Sequence record: NZ_CP116681.1
Direction: 5' to 3' (one strand)
DNA length: 8,731 nt
Source: a plasmid
The stretch's first letter is position 1; every line of letters starts with the position of its first letter. Of the stretch, positions 6,945-8,731 are shown one piece after another. The notes under the pieces were generated by a model. The model was given only the letters and a program-made list of their open reading frames with translations. It was not told where the DNA came from and did no database searches. The position numbers and the translations under genes were made by a program.

Positions 6945-6972
6945 ATTTAACATAAAATCTCTTATACGAAGC
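6945..6972. other. pdif site, D/C orientation: ATTTAACATAA-AATCTC-TTATACGAAGC
   Basis: The XerD arm is identical to the one at 2527 and the XerC arm differs by one base, with a 6-nt spacer between them. Confidence 0.7.
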
Positions 6973-6996
6973 CCAGGTTAATTCTGGGCTTTTTGT
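6970..6996 (+). terminator. Intrinsic terminator abutting the pdif site
   Basis: AGCCCAG-GTTAATT-CTGGGCT hairpin followed by TTTTTG. Its left arm overlaps the last bases of the XerC arm. Confidence 0.5.
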
Positions 6997-7150
6997 TCAA
7001 TCTCATCATTGGCCGAGAACATACTTGGATTCGTAAGCCTGATATTTTCCTGACAACTTCCACACAGCATCAATCCTGCAAAAAGTTGTACATTTTGTCT
7101 ATTTTCACAAAGCGTACATGGCTTTGAAAGCTGAATAATATTATCTGACA

Positions 7151-7522
7151 CTACTTTACCCTCTTATAGTTATCATCTGCATATGAATAACCTTTAGCTT
7201 GTATCATTCTAACCTCATCTTTAGAAGCGCCATTTTTCATTAAGAGCCACAACATCATGAAATATAGTCCAGAAAAGTCTTCATAGTATTTTTCAGAAAA
7301 ATTGTTATCTTCCTCAAAATCATCTATTCGCTTTTCTAATCGATTCACCAGATCCTCAATACGATCGGCTTGCTGTTTAACAGCAATAGATTGAAAATCA
7401 TTGGTCAAAATTTTACTGAATAATTTACTGGTTCTGATTCCTTCTGAATTAGCCAATTGATCGTAGAATTCTGCTACTTGTGGATCTAACCTGACTGCAT
7501 AAGTTTTGACTTTTTCGCCCAT
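7151..7522 (-). CDS. Hypothetical 123-aa protein with a ribbon-helix-helix-like N-terminus; candidate DNA-binding regulator or centromere-binding protein
   Basis: ATG start with a strong AAGAGGTG Shine-Dalgarno 6 nt upstream on the minus strand. KTYAVRLDPQVAEFYDQLANSEG fits a beta-strand plus helix RHH pattern. A coiled-coil/acidic middle and a hydrophobic C-terminal segment follow. I recognise no family with certainty. Confidence 0.6.
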   Translation of the reverse strand: MGEKVKTYAVRLDPQVAEFYDQLANSEGIRTSKLFSKILTNDFQSIAVKQQADRIEDLVNRLEKRIDDFEEDNNFSEKYYEDFSGLYFMMLWLLMKNGASKDEVRMIQAKGYSYADDNYKRVK

Positions 7523-7544
7523 AAATTACACCTCTTATTAAAAT

Positions 7545-7830
7545 TAGATTTTGTACAAAATTAAATATATATAATTCAACTAATTAAATAAAAAATAATA
7601 ATTAGATTACGTACAAACTTATTTGTACAGAATTAATTTATTCTAAAACAAAAACTTATTTAAATATAATGCTTTTTTTATGTACAATCATGAGTACATA
7701 TTTTTTCTTAAATTTATCAATATCTTATCTAAAAAAAGTGTTGTTTTGATGTACAACCATGAGCACAGCATAAAAAATAGATAATTCAATCACTTATTCT
7801 AAAAAAAGACCATTTTTCTGTACACGTTTC
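7545..7830. repeat. Array of TGTACA(A) palindromic cores in AT-rich DNA upstream of the RHH-like gene, including three roughly 69-bp iteron-like direct repeat units
   Basis: TGTACA occurs at 7552, 7624, 7681, 7750 and 7819, with CGTACA at 7610. About 0.1 copies would be expected by chance in 280 bp at this base composition. Units at 7673-7740, 7741-7811 and 7812-7880 share tTGTACAA.CATGAG.ACA...CTAAAAAAAG. AGATT..GTACAAA is repeated at 7544 and 7601. Confidence 0.6.
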
Positions 7831-7908
7831 TGAGACCCTAAAAAATCGCTGAAATCCTTATCCTGTAAGGCTTTGAGGGGTGTCATCGTTAGATGCGTGG
7901 TGTGTGAC

Positions 7909-7933
7909 AAAAAAATCCCGGCATGTGCCGGAT
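7909..7933 (-). terminator. Strong rho-independent terminator on the minus strand inside a GC-richer island
   Basis: On the minus strand, GATCCGGCA-CAT-GCCGGGAT (5-7 bp GC stem) is followed by UUUUUUU; on the plus strand this appears as A7 followed by TCCCGGCATGTGCCGGAT. Confidence 0.6.
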
Positions 7934-8185
7934 CTTGGATTGGAAAATTGGCTAAAGTGACGTAGGGCCGGTGCTTGGTTTTGCATGGAAAAAAGTATTT
8001 ATTTCCTTGTTTAGAAAAACGTAAAAAATCAATTTTTTGTCCATTCATCCAGGTTAAAAATTTCAACCCAAAACTTTAATTATGAAAAGCTTCATAGAAC
8101 GCGTTCAAATGCGATTTAAGAGCCTTTACCTAGAAAACATAGATCTCATAGTGAAAAACACAAAACAGCTCAAAAAACGCAAATG

Positions 8186-8495
8186 AGAGCGAAATAAAGA
8201 GGTATTTTGACTTTAGATAGATGCATAGAGCGAGTGTCTACGAGCGAACTATCAAAATTTGCGCCTAGACCCTCTGAAAAACATTTTTTTGTCCTCTTTA
8301 GCCTAAGAAAGCGTAAGTTTCGTGCAGAAATTTGCTCCTGGATCGAGCGTAGCGAGTAAAAAAGTTTTATGAGCGAAGCGAATTCCAAGTTTCTTTTGCT
8401 TTTTTTTAAAGTCACGCCAGTATTAACCAAAAAATTGCCCCAACGAACTGAGCGAAAGCGAAGTTCAATAGAGTTTGAGCGAAGCGAAAACCAAG
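8186..8495. repeat. Dispersed family of paired GAGCGA hexamers (GAGCGAAGCGAA-like), including a roughly 50-bp unit duplicated about 105 bp apart
   Basis: Copies at 8186, 8228 (GAGCGAgtgtctacGAGCGAA), 8345 (GAGCGtAGCGAG), 8371 (GAGCGAAGCGAAttCCAAG), 8450 (GAGCGAaAGCGAAG) and 8477 (GAGCGAAGCGAAaaCCAAG). Units 8344-8388 and 8449-8495 align along their length. Confidence 0.6.
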
Positions 8496-8590
8496 GGCAA
8501 TTTTTCATTCCCTGGGCTTTTAATTATTTTAAAGTTTTTAAATACTTTTAAATGGCTTGAAAGCCTTATGAATAAAGGGTTTTAGCTCTT

Positions 8591-8678
8591 ATATGTCCAC
8601 GTTTACCTTGCAATATGTCCACGTTTACCTTGCAATATGTCCACGTTTACCTTGCAATATGTCCACGTTTACCTTGCA
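8591..8678. repeat. Four perfect tandem 22-bp iterons (ATATGTCCACGTTTACCTTGCA); Rep_3 origin
   Basis: Exact head-to-tail 22-bp repeats ending 53 bp before the window end, which would be immediately upstream of the rep ATG at 1 if circular. An AT-rich stretch (8521-8590) precedes them. Confidence 0.9.
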
Positions 8679-8681
8679 TTA

Positions 8682-8706
8682 GTACACAAATAATATTAAC
8701 GTGTAC
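8682..8706. promoter_or_regulatory. Inverted repeat GTACAC-N13-GTGTAC between the iterons and the rep start; candidate rep promoter/operator
   Basis: 6-bp arms with a 13-bp AT-rich spacer, about 25 bp upstream of the rep ATG if circular. Rep_3 initiators commonly autoregulate at such inverted half-iteron-like sites. Confidence 0.3.
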
Positions 8707-8731
8707 TTATACACAATAAAAAATAGTGGCT

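Noticed and set aside
6975-7070. Possible 32-codon minus-strand ORF (MLCGSCQENIRLTNPSMFSANDEIEQKAQN) downstream of the RHH-like gene, with an AGGA 3-4 nt before its ATG
   Set aside because: It is very short, has a single CxxC pair only, and runs through the plus-strand terminator hairpin into the pdif site. It cannot be distinguished from chance without conservation data. I kept it only as a note because an RHH gene followed by a small ORF could in principle be a TA-like pair.
7794-8066. 90-aa minus-strand ORF from the six-frame track
   Set aside because: It starts at TTG with no Shine-Dalgarno and reads straight through a strong intrinsic terminator hairpin plus U-run (7909-7933) on its own strand. 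It also overlaps the 69-bp repeat units and has no recognisable domain. It is more likely a chance open frame in a non-coding or RNA-encoding region.
8170-8508. 112-aa minus-strand ORF and the overlapping 60-aa plus-strand ORF (8369-8551)
   Set aside because: Both frames are generated by the GAGCGAAGCGAA repeat family. The products are low-complexity and Arg/Lys-rich (RFRSVRWG, EFASLIKLFYSLRS). They have no Shine-Dalgarno and look like translation of repeat DNA rather than genes.
8591-8612. DnaA-box-like TATGTCCAC inside each iteron
   Set aside because: It is only a loose resemblance to TTATCCACA. The 22-bp unit is fully explained as a Rep_3 iteron.

Overview
The window is AT-rich (about one third GC) and looks like a complete small Acinetobacter-type plasmid of roughly 8.7 kb, linearised at the ATG of a Rep_3 initiator gene (1-951). 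Four perfect 22-bp iterons at 8591-8678 would sit about 50 bp upstream of that ATG if the ends are joined; circularity is my inference, not something the sequence shows. I am confident of these coding genes: rep; a translationally coupled HTH protein (944-1519); a signal-peptide Sel1-repeat protein (1871-2437, minus strand); an overlapping BrnT/BrnA (DUF497/RHH) toxin-antitoxin pair (2753-3350); an 803-aa TonB-dependent receptor with His-rich loops (3478-5889); a septicolysin-family ORF (6194-6655); and a 123-aa minus-strand protein with an RHH-like N-terminus (7151-7522). I can recognise three XerC/XerD pdif sites (1827-1854, 2527-2554, 6945-6972). The first two bracket the Sel1 gene as a dif module. 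A perfect 20-bp Zur-box-like palindrome precedes the receptor gene. Several intrinsic terminators sit beside the pdif sites. Most worth a second look is the roughly 1.05 kb stretch with no convincing ORF between the RHH-like gene and the iterons (7523-8590). It holds (i) five TGTACA palindromes in 69-bp iteron-like units directly upstream of the RHH-like gene, (ii) a GC-richer island with a strong minus-strand terminator, and (iii) a dispersed family of paired GAGCGA hexamers. None of this is explained by the annotated genes. It could be origin accessory DNA, a centromere-like site with an orphan RHH binder, or an untranslated RNA locus. Also of interest are a 47-codon gene with enterobacterial-like GC content and codon usage wedged behind the rep operon (1539-1682) and a possible MITE-like inverted-repeat pair (6679-6873).
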